A program made the translations under genes and the position numbers. This document shows, piece by piece, positions 8,325 through 18,060 of a stretch of 30,276 bases of DNA. The notes under the pieces were generated by a model. The model was not told the origin of the DNA, made no database searches, and saw only the letters and a program-made list of their open reading frames with translations. The stretch is from Armatimonadota bacterium (lineage in GTDB: Bacteria > Sysuimicrobiota > Sysuimicrobiia > Sysuimicrobiales > Humicultoraceae): contig JBBIOM010000024.1 in NCBI GenBank assembly GCA_037443365.1, forward strand, positions 1 through 30,276, in the 5' to 3' direction. How positions within the stretch are numbered: the stretch's first letter is position 1; every line of letters starts with the position of its first letter.

Positions 8325-9380
8325 ATGATCCTCGACAACAGCCAGGAGATCGCCCGCGTTGACCGCGGCGGGATGATGGATCTCGTCCGGCGCCTGGGCG
8401 CCATGACATTCGAGGCATGGGAGGCGGCGTCCGATCTCGCGCTTCCCCCGACCAGCCCGCGCGCGATCGTGGTTGCCGGCATGGGGGGATCCGCCGTGGG
8501 CGGCGACTTCCTGCACGCGCTGCTGGCGCCGACCGCCGCGATTCCGGTGATCACCGTGAGGGACTACCGCCTGCCGGCGTTTGTCGGAAGCGACACCCTG
8601 GTCTTCGCGTGCTCGTACTCGGGTGAGACCGAGGAGACGCTGGCCGCCTGCCGCGCGGCCAGCGCCGCGGGGGCCGCGGTTGTCGCCGTGACCTCTGGCG
8701 GCGCGCTGGCCGAGATGGCCGAAGCCGGGGGCCATCCGGTCGTGCGCGTGCCGCCCGGGCTCCAGCCGCGCGCGGCCCTGCCGCACCTCCTGATGCCGAT
8801 GCTTCGCGTCGCAGGACGCCTGGGCGCAGGAGGGGTGACAGGCCCCGAGGTTAGCGAGACCGCCGCCCTGCTGGACGAGATGGCCGCGCTCTGGGGTCCA
8901 CAGACGCCTGCGGGTGCCAATCCGGCCAAGGATCTGGCCGCGGCGCTGGTGGGGGCGGTTCCGGTCATCTACGCTTCGTCTCCTGGCTTCGAGCCGGCGG
9001 CCCGGCGATGGAAGACGCAGCTCAACGAGAACAGCAAGGTGTTCGCGTGCTGGGGGACCTTCCCCGAGATCAGCCACAACGAGACGCTTGCATGGGAGAG
9101 GAGCCCGGAGAGCGGCCTGCGCCTGCACGCCGTGCTCCTGCGCGATCGCGAGGAGGGAGCACGCAACGCGCAAAGGGTCGCGCTCACCCGGGAACTGTCG
9201 CTTGGCGGGGCCGTCGGCATCACCGATGTGTGGTCGCGGGGTGACGGACTGCTGGCGCGCCTGCTCTCGCTCGTGCTCTTCGGCGATCTGGTCAGCGTCT
9301 ATCTCGCGGTGCTGTCGGGAGTGGATCCGACCCCGGTGGAGGCCATCGCGGAGATCAAGCGGCGGCTGGGAGGCCGCTGA
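8325..9380 (+). CDS. Bifunctional phosphoglucose/phosphomannose isomerase (SIS domain, PGI/PMI family)
   Basis: GMGGS, SYSGETEET, TSGG, QPRAAL, RWKTQLNENSK, FPEISHNE, VDPTPV; start MILDN at ATG 8325. Confidence 0.92.
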   Translation: MILDNSQEIARVDRGGMMDLVRRLGAMTFEAWEAASDLALPPTSPRAIVVAGMGGSAVGGDFLHALLAPTAAIPVITVRDYRLPAFVGSDTLVFACSYSGETEETLAACRAASAAGAAVVAVTSGGALAEMAEAGGHPVVRVPPGLQPRAALPHLLMPMLRVAGRLGAGGVTGPEVSETAALLDEMAALWGPQTPAGANPAKDLAAALVGAVPVIYASSPGFEPAARRWKTQLNENSKVFACWGTFPEISHNETLAWERSPESGLRLHAVLLRDREEGARNAQRVALTRELSLGGAVGITDVWSRGDGLLARLLSLVLFGDLVSVYLAVLSGVDPTPVEAIAEIKRRLGGR

Positions 9381-9386
9381 GCAGGC

Positions 9387-9411
9387 AGGAAGGCTCGCGT
9401 ACTGGTGGAAT
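9387..9411 (+). promoter_or_regulatory. Sigma-H-like promoter motif upstream of the ABC ATPase
   Basis: GCAGGA (AGGA 9387-9390)-N17-GAAT(9408-9411)AA; the closest match in the window to the B. subtilis sigma-H consensus. Confidence 0.55.
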
Positions 9412-9466
9412 AAGCACGTTACGAGAGTTCGCCTGGTGGAATCGGCATGCATACGGAGGCGTTCGG

Positions 9467-10563
<1,097 letters not shown>

Positions 10564-10567
<4 letters not shown>

Positions 10568-11778
10568 ACGGCCGGGCCCGCCTTCCGCGACAGGATCGCC
10601 CCCTCTTCCTCGAGGAGGGCGATCTCTTCTGTGGGCATCCCCAGCACCTCTTGCAGAACCGCGCGTGTGTGCTCGCCGAGCAGCGGAGGATGCCCTCCCG
10701 GCGCCGCGGGCGTGCCGCGCATGTGCCGGAGGGCACTTGCCGCCAGCGGTATCTCTCCCAAGGTCGGGTGAGCGACCTTCCAGACCGCTTCCCGCACCTC
10801 CGCGTGCGGATCCGCGAACGCCTCGCAGAGGTCCCAGACGGGTGAGGCCGGGACCCCCGCAACCCGCAGGACCCGCAACCACTCTTCCCGGGTCCTGCCA
10901 GCGAAGATGCCGGCGAGCGCGCCGGTTAGCGCCTCGCGCGCGCGCACCCGCTCGGCGTTGGTCAGGAACCGGGCGTCCTCTCCCAGTTCGGGGTGCCCGA
11001 TTGCCTGCGCCATCTTCTGGAACTGCGCGTCGTTCCCCACCGCCAGGATGAACCACGCGTCCGAGGCCGCAAACGCCTGGTAGGGCACTATCTGGGGATG
11101 CGCGCTGCCCATGCGTCCCGGGGGGACTCCTGTCAGCAGGCAGGCCTGGGCCTGGTTGGCCATGCACATCAGGCCGACGTCGAACAGCGAGAGGTCGAGG
11201 TGTTGCCCTTCCCCCCTCAGGTCCCTGTCGCGCAGCGCGGCCAGGATGCCGACTGCCGCGACCAGGCCGGTGAGCACGTCAATCCACGCGACCCCGACCC
11301 TGACCGGCGGTCCGCCCGCCTCGCCGGTCACGCTCATGATGCCGGTCATTCCCTGCAGCGCCAGGTCGTATCCCGGCTCATCGGCGCGCGGTCCGGTATG
11401 CCCGAATCCGGTGATGGAGCAGTAGACCAGGCCGGGGTTGAGCCCCGCGAGGCTCGGGTAGTCGAGACCTGATCTGGCGAGATCGCCCGGCTTGAAGTTC
11501 TCCACCAGGACGTCGGCTCGGCGCGCCAGCCCGCGCACGACTGCCTGGCCGCGGCTGGATTTCAGGTTGACAGCGATGCTCTGCTTGCCGCGGTTGGTGG
11601 AAAGGTAGTAGGCGCTCTCTCCTCCGACGAACGGCGGGCCCCAGGTCCGGGTGTCATCGCCCCACGGGGGCTCGACCTTCCAGACCCTGGCGCCCAGATC
11701 GGAGAGAACCTGCGTGCAGAACGGGCCTGCCAGCACGCGCGTCAGGTCGAGGACGGTGACTCCCTCAAGCGACCTCAT
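10564..11778 (-). CDS. CoA-transferase family III (CaiB/BaiF/Frc)
   Basis: LEGVTVLDLTRVLAGP, DLGARVWKVE, NRGKQS, ADVLVENFKPG, YCSITGFG, PGYD, PPLLGEHT; ATG 11778 overlaps the upstream stop. Confidence 0.93.
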
Positions 11779-12788
11779 GCCGGGGAGGCCGGGAGCAGCA
11801 GCCTGCCCTCCTGGAACAGATACCTGCCGTCCAGCGCGATCGTGGCGTCGCAGAGCACCAGGTCCCAGTGTATGGGACACGCGTGCGTGCCGCCGTAGAA
11901 GATGTCGTCGCCGATGCCCAGGTGCACGTTGCCCAGCGCCTTCTTCTCCTCCTCGAAATCACCTGACCGCAGCGCGTTGGGGTTGAGACCGATCCCGATC
12001 TCGGCGATGTGGCGCGCGCCCGGGACCGAGCGAAAGACCGACTCGAGCTGCCGGGCCCGCCCGCCCGAACCGGATACCCCCACGATGCCTCCGCCCTCGA
12101 TCTCCAGGGAGAACGGGTCGCCCCCGCGCAGGCCTGCCGCCGGCCCATCCACAACGACAACGCCACGGGCGGTTCCGGCCGCAGGGCGCTGAGAGGCCTC
12201 GCCGTCCGAGAAGGCCGCCTCCCTGCCCGGTTCTCGCGCCAGGCCGCACTCCACGATCACCGTCTGGCCCATCACGGGTTCATGCGTGACGCCGGCCTGA
12301 AGATCTGTTCCGGCCCTGGTGGTTATGCGGATCTCCGAGGCCGCCGCCCAGATCGCCGCCACGCGCTGCCCCAGCGCCTCCAGCGCCTCGTAGTCGGCGG
12401 TGCCCGCGCCGGTCAGGTAGTTGTCGAGGCTGCGCATTACCATGGAAAGCGATCGGAGGCGCCGCGCAGCCAGCAGTTCCGCGACCCTGCTGGAATACGT
12501 CGGCGCGCCCGAGGACCGGGTCACGCCAATCAGCACATCGGTGGAAAGGAGGGCGCTCTCTATCGGCGCGGTCAGGTACGTGGCCTCGCGCGCCCCCCTG
12601 GTGGGCATCAGCGCGATCGTGTACTCGGCGCCAGCGGCCAGAACGGCCCCGGCCAGCGCCATGTAGACCGCGCGCTCGGTGGCCGGATCCGCGACGATCA
12701 GGACCCGTTCCCCTTCCCTCACGGCCAGGTGAGTGCGCACGAGCCGGTGGGCCAGTGCGATGACGTCAATCAGGCGCTGGTGTCCCAT
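11775..12788 (-). CDS. M29/aminopeptidase T-like (NicX-like) metalloenzyme
   Basis: GERVLIVAD, AGTDL, GE..G.VVVDG, IAEIGIGLNP, EEKKALGNVHLGIG..GG...IHWD (His...His-x-Asp). Start ATG 12788; the ORF-track start at 13238 is over-extended. Confidence 0.8.
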   Translation of the reverse strand: MGHQRLIDVIALAHRLVRTHLAVREGERVLIVADPATERAVYMALAGAVLAAGAEYTIALMPTRGAREATYLTAPIESALLSTDVLIGVTRSSGAPTYSSRVAELLAARRLRSLSMVMRSLDNYLTGAGTADYEALEALGQRVAAIWAAASEIRITTRAGTDLQAGVTHEPVMGQTVIVECGLAREPGREAAFSDGEASQRPAAGTARGVVVVDGPAAGLRGGDPFSLEIEGGGIVGVSGSGGRARQLESVFRSVPGARHIAEIGIGLNPNALRSGDFEEEKKALGNVHLGIGDDIFYGGTHACPIHWDLVLCDATIALDGRYLFQEGRLLLPASPA

Positions 12789-12801
12789 GATCTCCGCGAA
12801 G

Positions 12802-12831
12802 ATCCTACGACGCGCTAGGCGCAGAACGCAA
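12802..12831 (-). promoter_or_regulatory. Possible sigma-70 promoter of the M29/CoA-transferase operon
   Basis: Minus strand TTGCGT(12831-12826)-N18-TAGGAT(12807-12802). Confidence 0.4.
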
Positions 12832-12843
12832 GCCCGGCGCGAG

Positions 12844-12872
12844 TTGACGGGCATACGGCGGCAGGGTATATT
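12844..12872 (+). promoter_or_regulatory. Sigma-70 promoter of the TAXI-TRAP operon
   Basis: TTGACG(12844-12849)-N17-TATATT(12867-12872); implies a leader of about 100 nt. Confidence 0.75.
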
Positions 12873-12978
12873 CCAATGGTGAAGTGCACCTGCCATGACG
12901 ACGTCCAGCGACCCCGGCACCGTACGACGGTTCCGAAAGACGGCCCACACGCAGTGGACTCCAGGAGGTGAACGCAGG

Positions 12979-13968
12979 ATGAAGCACGGCGCGCTAGTTG
13001 TGGCTTCCCTGCTGGTGCTCGCCCTCGCGGCGGGCGTATCGGCCCAGACAGGGTTCATCACGATAGGATCCGGCTCGACCACGGGGGTGTACTTCCCCAT
13101 CGCGGTCGGCGTGGCGAAGATGATCAACGACGCCAACATCGGCGTGCGGGCCAACGCCCGCTCCACCGGCGGCAGCGTCTTCAATGTGACGGCGATCCAG
13201 GGCGGCGAGCTGCAGATGGCGCTGGCCCAGAACGACATATCGTTCTATGCCTACGGCGGAACGGTGGTCGAGGCGTTCCGCGGGAAGCCCACGACCAAGC
13301 TGCGGGGAGTGGCGGTGCTGTATCCCGAGCCGATCCACATCCTGGCACGCCGCGACCGCGGGATTAAGACCGTGGCCGACATGAAGGGCAAGCAGGTCTA
13401 CGTCGGTGACGTCGGCAGCGGCGCCGAGCAGAACTCCAAGCAGGTGCTCGAGGTCTACGGCCTGACGTTCGCCGACCTTGGGCAGGCGGTGCGCGGATCG
13501 GCCTCGACGGGCGTGCAGCTGCTGCAGGACGGGCGCATCGACGCCATGTTCTACACGGTAGGCCTGGGCAACGCGGCGATCATGCAGGCGGCCCTGACCG
13601 CGCCCATCGACTTCCTCGCGATCGAACCCATGAAGCTCCGCGACATCCGGGAGAAGTACCCGTTCCTCAGCGCCTTCGGGATTCCGGCGGGCGTATACAG
13701 GGGCGTGGATGCGCCCGTGGTGACGGTCACCGTGCTGGCGTCCCTTGTGACATCAAGCGACATGTCCGCGGATGTGGTCTACCGCATCGCCAAGCTCCTG
13801 CTGGACGAGAAGGTGGACGAGTTCAGGGGGATTCACTCCAACCTCGAGCGGTACTTCCATCCGCTGAAGGCGCTGGAGGGCATGGCCATCCCGCTGCATC
13901 CCGGCGCCGTTCGCTACTTCCAGGAGAAGAACGTCCGGATTCCTGAGCGACTGCTGCCACCCAAGTAG
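12979..13968 (+). CDS. TAXI family TRAP transporter solute-binding protein
   Basis: Signal peptide, GSGSTTGVYFP, STGGSVFN, AQND, LYPEPIH, GSG, PLHPGA; AGGAGGTG RBS at 12963-12970. Confidence 0.93.
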   Translation: MKHGALVVASLLVLALAAGVSAQTGFITIGSGSTTGVYFPIAVGVAKMINDANIGVRANARSTGGSVFNVTAIQGGELQMALAQNDISFYAYGGTVVEAFRGKPTTKLRGVAVLYPEPIHILARRDRGIKTVADMKGKQVYVGDVGSGAEQNSKQVLEVYGLTFADLGQAVRGSASTGVQLLQDGRIDAMFYTVGLGNAAIMQAALTAPIDFLAIEPMKLRDIREKYPFLSAFGIPAGVYRGVDAPVVTVTVLASLVTSSDMSADVVYRIAKLLLDEKVDEFRGIHSNLERYFHPLKALEGMAIPLHPGAVRYFQEKNVRIPERLLPPK

Positions 13969-13980
13969 CCACACGCCGTC

Positions 13981-14014
13981 GGGCCCGGCTCCTTATAGGG
14001 GCCGGGCCCTTTTT
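13981..14014 (+). terminator. Intrinsic terminator or stabilising hairpin between the binding-protein and permease genes
   Basis: GGGCCCGGCTCCT-TAT-AGGGGCCGGGCCC (13-bp stem with one G.U pair) followed by TTTTT. Confidence 0.8.
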
Positions 14015-14039
14015 CCGTGAGTAGAGGGACGGTGCGCCC

Positions 14040-16022
14040 GTGAGCGTGGAGAAGGCCGAGGAACTCAGGAAGACCATCGAGTTCGGGACCCGGGTCCCGG
14101 GGGCCGCGTGGCAGCGCTGGCTGCTGTTCTTCCTGGCGGTCGGATGGAGCGTGTTCCAGGTCTGGGCGACGTGGAGCGGCAGGATAGATCCACTGCGCCT
14201 GGGCCCCATTCACCTGGCGTTCGCCTTTGCGCTGGCGTTCCTCGCCTACCCGTCGCGGCGCGGCCCCAGGGACCGCATCCCGCTGATTGACTGGGTGCTT
14301 CCGATCCTGGGAATCATCGGCGCCATGTACGTCGTGGTGGACTACTACGGCATCATCGCGGTGCGGGGCGGGGTGCCGAACCAGCGCGACGTCATCATGG
14401 GCACGCTCGCCCTCGTCGTGCTGTTCATCGCCTCCTTCCGCGTTGTAAGCCCCGCCCTTCCGATCATCGCAGGGGTGCTGGTGCTCTACGCCGCCATGGG
14501 GCCGTCGGGGATCGTACCCATCCGCCCACCGGACGTGCTCTTCCTGCACAGCGGGTATCGCTGGGGGCAGATCGTGCAGCAACTGTACCTGACCGCCGAG
14601 GGGATCTGGGGCACGCCGATAAGGGTGTCGGCCACCTTTGTGTTCCTGTTCGTCCTCTTCGGCGCGTTGCTGGACAAGGCAGGGGCCGGCCGGTTCTTCG
14701 TGGACCTGGCCTACAGCCTGCTCGGCACCTTCCGCGGCGGGCCGGCCAAGGCCGCGGTCGTCGGCAGCATGCTGACCGGCGTGGTCTCTGGCTCCTCCAT
14801 CGCCAACGTGGTGACCACCGGCACGTTCACGATCCCGCTGATGAAGCGCGTGGGGTATCCGCCCGAGAAGGCCGCCGCGACCGAGGTTGCGGCGTCCACA
14901 AACGGGCAGCTCATGCCCCCGGTCATGGGCGCGGCCGCCTTCATCATGGCGGACTTCCTTGGGATCCCGTATGCCAGGTTGATCGTCTACGCGGCGGTCC
15001 CCGCGGTGCTGAGCTACATCGCGCTGTTCTACGTCGTGCACCTGGAGGCCCTCAAGCTCGACATCAAGAGCCTGCCCAGGGTCGAGCTGCCCCGTTTCCT
15101 GCCCACGCTGCTCTCGGGGCTGCACTACCTCGTTCCGGTCCTCTACCTGCTCTACTCGCTGATCGTCATACGGCTGACCCCTGAGCGCAGCGCGCTCAAC
15201 GCCATGCTCCTGCTGATCGTCCTCATCGTGGCCCAGGAGGTCTGGCGCTCGGTGCGGCGCCGCGAGGGAGCGGCCTCCGGCTTCGCGCAGGCCTTTACGG
15301 CGGTCGTAGGCGGATTCGAGGCCGGGGCGCGCAACATGGTCACGATCGCCATCGCCACAGGAGCCGCGGGAATCATCGTGGGCATCGTGACGATGACGGG
15401 TCTGGGCTTCGGGCTCACCGACATCGTGCAGACGCTCTCCGGCGGCAACATCATCGTTGTCCTCGTGCTGGCCGCGGTTGCCTCGCTCGTACTGGGGATG
15501 GGCCTTCCCACCACCGCAAACTACATCGTGATGGCCGCGCTCGTCGCGCCGGTCATAGTCAACCTGACGAAGGCCGCTGGCCTGGACATCCCGATCGTGG
15601 CAATCCACCTGTTCGTGTTCTTCTTCGGGATCCTGGCCGACGACACGCCCCCGGTCGGGCTGGCCGCGTACGCCGCGGCGGCGATCGCCCGGTCGGAGCC
15701 CATCAAGACCGGGATCCAGGGCTTCATCTACGACATGCGCACGGCCATACTGCCGTTCCTGTTCATCTTCAACCCCGAACTGCTGCTAATCAACGTCGGC
15801 GGGTTTGCCCACGGCGCCCACGTGGTCGCAACCGCGCTCGTGGGAATGCTGGCGTTCGTGGCCGGGACACAGGGATATCTCCTGAAGCGCATGGCGTGGT
15901 GGGAGCGCGTTCCGATGCTGGTGGCGGCGTTCACCCTCATCAAGCCCGGAGCGGTGACCGATGCCATAGGGCTGGGCCTGATCCTGCTGGTCTACCTGTC
16001 GCAGAGAGTCAGGCGGCAGTAA
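14040..16022 (+). CDS. TRAP transporter fused permease (DctQM 4TM/12TM fusion, TAXI type)
   Basis: Highly hydrophobic; GGPAKAAV, SGSSIANVVTTG, ASTNGQLMPPVMGAAAF, LGMGLPTTANY, DDTPPVGLAAYAAA. Confidence 0.93.
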   Translation: MSVEKAEELRKTIEFGTRVPGAAWQRWLLFFLAVGWSVFQVWATWSGRIDPLRLGPIHLAFAFALAFLAYPSRRGPRDRIPLIDWVLPILGIIGAMYVVVDYYGIIAVRGGVPNQRDVIMGTLALVVLFIASFRVVSPALPIIAGVLVLYAAMGPSGIVPIRPPDVLFLHSGYRWGQIVQQLYLTAEGIWGTPIRVSATFVFLFVLFGALLDKAGAGRFFVDLAYSLLGTFRGGPAKAAVVGSMLTGVVSGSSIANVVTTGTFTIPLMKRVGYPPEKAAATEVAASTNGQLMPPVMGAAAFIMADFLGIPYARLIVYAAVPAVLSYIALFYVVHLEALKLDIKSLPRVELPRFLPTLLSGLHYLVPVLYLLYSLIVIRLTPERSALNAMLLLIVLIVAQEVWRSVRRREGAASGFAQAFTAVVGGFEAGARNMVTIAIATGAAGIIVGIVTMTGLGFGLTDIVQTLSGGNIIVVLVLAAVASLVLGMGLPTTANYIVMAALVAPVIVNLTKAAGLDIPIVAIHLFVFFFGILADDTPPVGLAAYAAAAIARSEPIKTGIQGFIYDMRTAILPFLFIFNPELLLINVGGFAHGAHVVATALVGMLAFVAGTQGYLLKRMAWWERVPMLVAAFTLIKPGAVTDAIGLGLILLVYLSQRVRRQ

Positions 16023-16026
16023 TGCA

Positions 16027-16052
16027 GCGGCGGCCCCCCGGGGGGCCGCCGC
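16027..16052. terminator. Perfect 26-bp GC palindrome between convergent genes (probable terminator hairpin)
   Basis: GCGGCGGCCCCCC|GGGGGGCCGCCGC, 4 nt after the permease stop; no U-tract. Confidence 0.6.
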
Positions 16053-16090
16053 CATGCCGCGTCGCGAGTTGACGGTGTCCGCCGTCCCGG

Positions 16091-16978
16091 CTAGACTTCC
16101 TTCGTCTCCTTGAACCCCTTCTCGGTCATCTCCGCCAGCGGCGCCAGGAGCTTGGTGAACTCCATCGGGAAGATGAACTTGGTGGCCGCCCCCTGGCCCA
16201 GCGACTTGAGCGCCTCCAGGTACTGCAGCGCCATGGTCTTGGAATCCACGGTCTTGGCGACCGCGAAGATCCTCTCGAGCGCTATGGCGAAGCCCTCGGC
16301 GCGCAGGATCGCGGCCTGACGGTCGCCCTCGGCGCGCAGGATCGCCGACTGCTTGTCGCCCTCGGCCACGGTTATCGTGGCCTGCTTCTTGCCGTCGGCC
16401 TCGGTGACGACCGCGCGGCGGGTGCGCTCGGCCGACATCTGCCGCGTCATCGCCTCCTGGACGTCCTTGGGCGGCAGGATCTCGCGGATCTCGACCGTGG
16501 TCACCTTGACGCCCCAGCGCTCGGTCACCTCGTCGAGTTTCGCCCGCAGCACGCTGTTGATCTGCTCGCGGCGCGCCAGCACGTCGTCCAGGATGATGTC
16601 GCCGATGACCGCGCGCAGCGTCGTGGTGGCTATTCCGCGGGCCGCCCCGGCGAAGTCGGCCACCTGTATGACGGAGTGCTCGGGATCAACGACCTTGAAG
16701 TAGATGAGGAAGTCGATGTTGATCGGCGCGTTGTCGCGCGTGATGCATGTCTGCGAGGGTATCTCCAGGAACAACTCGCGGAGATCCACCCACACCGCCC
16801 TGTCCACGATCGGGATCAAGAGCACGATACCCGGTCCCCGGCGGCCGATGCTGCGGCCAAACCGGAACACGACCAGGCGCTGGTACTCGCGGACGATCTT
16901 GACTACGGACCCCAGGACTATCATGCCCGCGATGATGATCGCGATGCCGTACGTAAACAGCGAGATTATGCTGGGCAC
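16091..16978 (-). CDS. SPFH/Band 7 (stomatin/QmcA-like) membrane protein
   Basis: N-terminal TM helix, EYQRLVVFRFG, GPG, ITRDN, TTLRAVIG, WGVKVTTVEI, AERTRRA...AEG repeats; GTG 16978 with GGAGGT RBS. Confidence 0.92.
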   Translation of the reverse strand: MPSIISLFTYGIAIIIAGMIVLGSVVKIVREYQRLVVFRFGRSIGRRGPGIVLLIPIVDRAVWVDLRELFLEIPSQTCITRDNAPINIDFLIYFKVVDPEHSVIQVADFAGAARGIATTTLRAVIGDIILDDVLARREQINSVLRAKLDEVTERWGVKVTTVEIREILPPKDVQEAMTRQMSAERTRRAVVTEADGKKQATITVAEGDKQSAILRAEGDRQAAILRAEGFAIALERIFAVAKTVDSKTMALQYLEALKSLGQGAATKFIFPMEFTKLLAPLAEMTEKGFKETKEV

Positions 16979-17012
16979 GTGCGCACCTCCCTGTGTCCCG
17001 GCTCGCGGTGTA

Positions 17013-17038
17013 CTTCTGGGCGGCTGGCGCACCTTCCT
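17013..17038 (-). promoter_or_regulatory. Sigma-H-like promoter motif upstream of the SPFH gene
   Basis: AAGGA (AGGA 17038-17035)-N18-GAAG(17016-17013). Confidence 0.45.
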
Positions 17039-17058
17039 TGTGCGTGCCGCGCCCAGCC

Positions 17059-17083
17059 AGGACCCGGCCCCTGCGGCCCGAAG
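17059..17083 (+). promoter_or_regulatory. Sigma-H-like promoter motif upstream of the ROK kinase
   Basis: AGGA(17059-17062)-N17-GAAG(17080-17083). Confidence 0.4.
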
Positions 17084-17103
17084 AGATCCGCGGAGGTGGA
17101 GGG

Positions 17104-18060
17104 ATGCCGCGGTACGCGATCGGTGTGGATCTGGGCGGCACCAAGACGCTCACCGCGCTGGTGGGCTCAGGCGGCGAGGTGGTCGCGCGCGTACGCAGGG
17201 CCACCCCGCGGAGTGGTCCCGAGGCGGTGATCGAGGCAATCATCGCCAGCGTCGCCGGGCTGTCGGACCGTTCCGGCATAGCCCCAGGGGCCACGCTCGG
17301 CGTGGGAGTGGGCGCGCCCGGGCCGCTGGATCCGGACACGGGCGTTGTGTTCGAGCCGCCCAACATGCCTTTCTGGCGCGACGTTCCACTGGCGTCCCTC
17401 CTGGCAGAGCGCCTGGGCGTGCCCGTATTCGTCGAGAACGACGCCAACGCTGCCGCGATGGGCGAGCACTGGGCAGGGGCCGGGCGGGGGGTGGACGATC
17501 TCGTCTACATCACCGTGAGCACCGGGATCGGAGGAGGGCTGATCCTGGGAGGGCGCCTCTACCGCGGTGCCGGAGGCACCGCAGGCGAGATCGGGCACAT
17601 GGTCATTGCCCACGGTGGTCCTAGGTGCGGCTGTGGCCGGTTCGGGTGTCTGGAGGCGATGGCCTCGGGCACCGCGATCGCCCGGGAGGCGCGCCGTGCG
17701 GTGGAGGCCGGCCGCCCGACGGTGCTTTCACGGCTGTCGTCCGATGCGATCTCTGCCGAGGCGGTTGCACGCGCCGCCGCGGATGGAGATCCCCTGGCCC
17801 GCGAGATCTTCGCGGGCGCCGCCGCGGCCCTGGGGGTCGGCGTGGCGAACCTGGTCAACCTGCTCAACCCGGCGCTGGTGATCATCGGGGGCGGGGTTGC
17901 GAAGGCCGGCGAGATGCTCTTCGCGCCCGTGCGGCGGATCGTGCGGGAGGAGGCGTTCGAGCGCCCCGCGGCCCTGGTACGGGTCATCCCGGCGGCCCTG
18001 GGCGATGATGTCGGCGCGGTCGGCGCGGCGGCGGTGGTGTACGCGCGGGCGCGTTCCTAG
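17104..18060 (+). CDS. ROK family sugar kinase (glucokinase-like)
   Basis: GVDLGGTK, ENDANAAA, STGIGGG, GEIGH, CGCGRFGCLE zinc motif, GGGV; no N-terminal HTH; ATG 17104 with GGAGG RBS. Confidence 0.92.
   Translation: MPRYAIGVDLGGTKTLTALVGSGGEVVARVRRATPRSGPEAVIEAIIASVAGLSDRSGIAPGATLGVGVGAPGPLDPDTGVVFEPPNMPFWRDVPLASLLAERLGVPVFVENDANAAAMGEHWAGAGRGVDDLVYITVSTGIGGGLILGGRLYRGAGGTAGEIGHMVIAHGGPRCGCGRFGCLEAMASGTAIAREARRAVEAGRPTVLSRLSSDAISAEAVARAAADGDPLAREIFAGAAAALGVGVANLVNLLNPALVIIGGGVAKAGEMLFAPVRRIVREEAFERPAALVRVIPAALGDDVGAVGAAAVVYARARS

Noticed and set aside
8232..9452. First ~400 aa of the 512-aa ORF 7914..9452
   Set aside because: Antisense to PGI/PMI; only the last 105 codons lie in free space.
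16292..16345. 21-bp direct repeat GCCCTCGGCGCGCAGGATCGC with 33-bp period
   Set aside because: Encodes the ordinary 11-residue AILRAEG coiled-coil repeat of SPFH proteins; not CRISPR or a mobile element.
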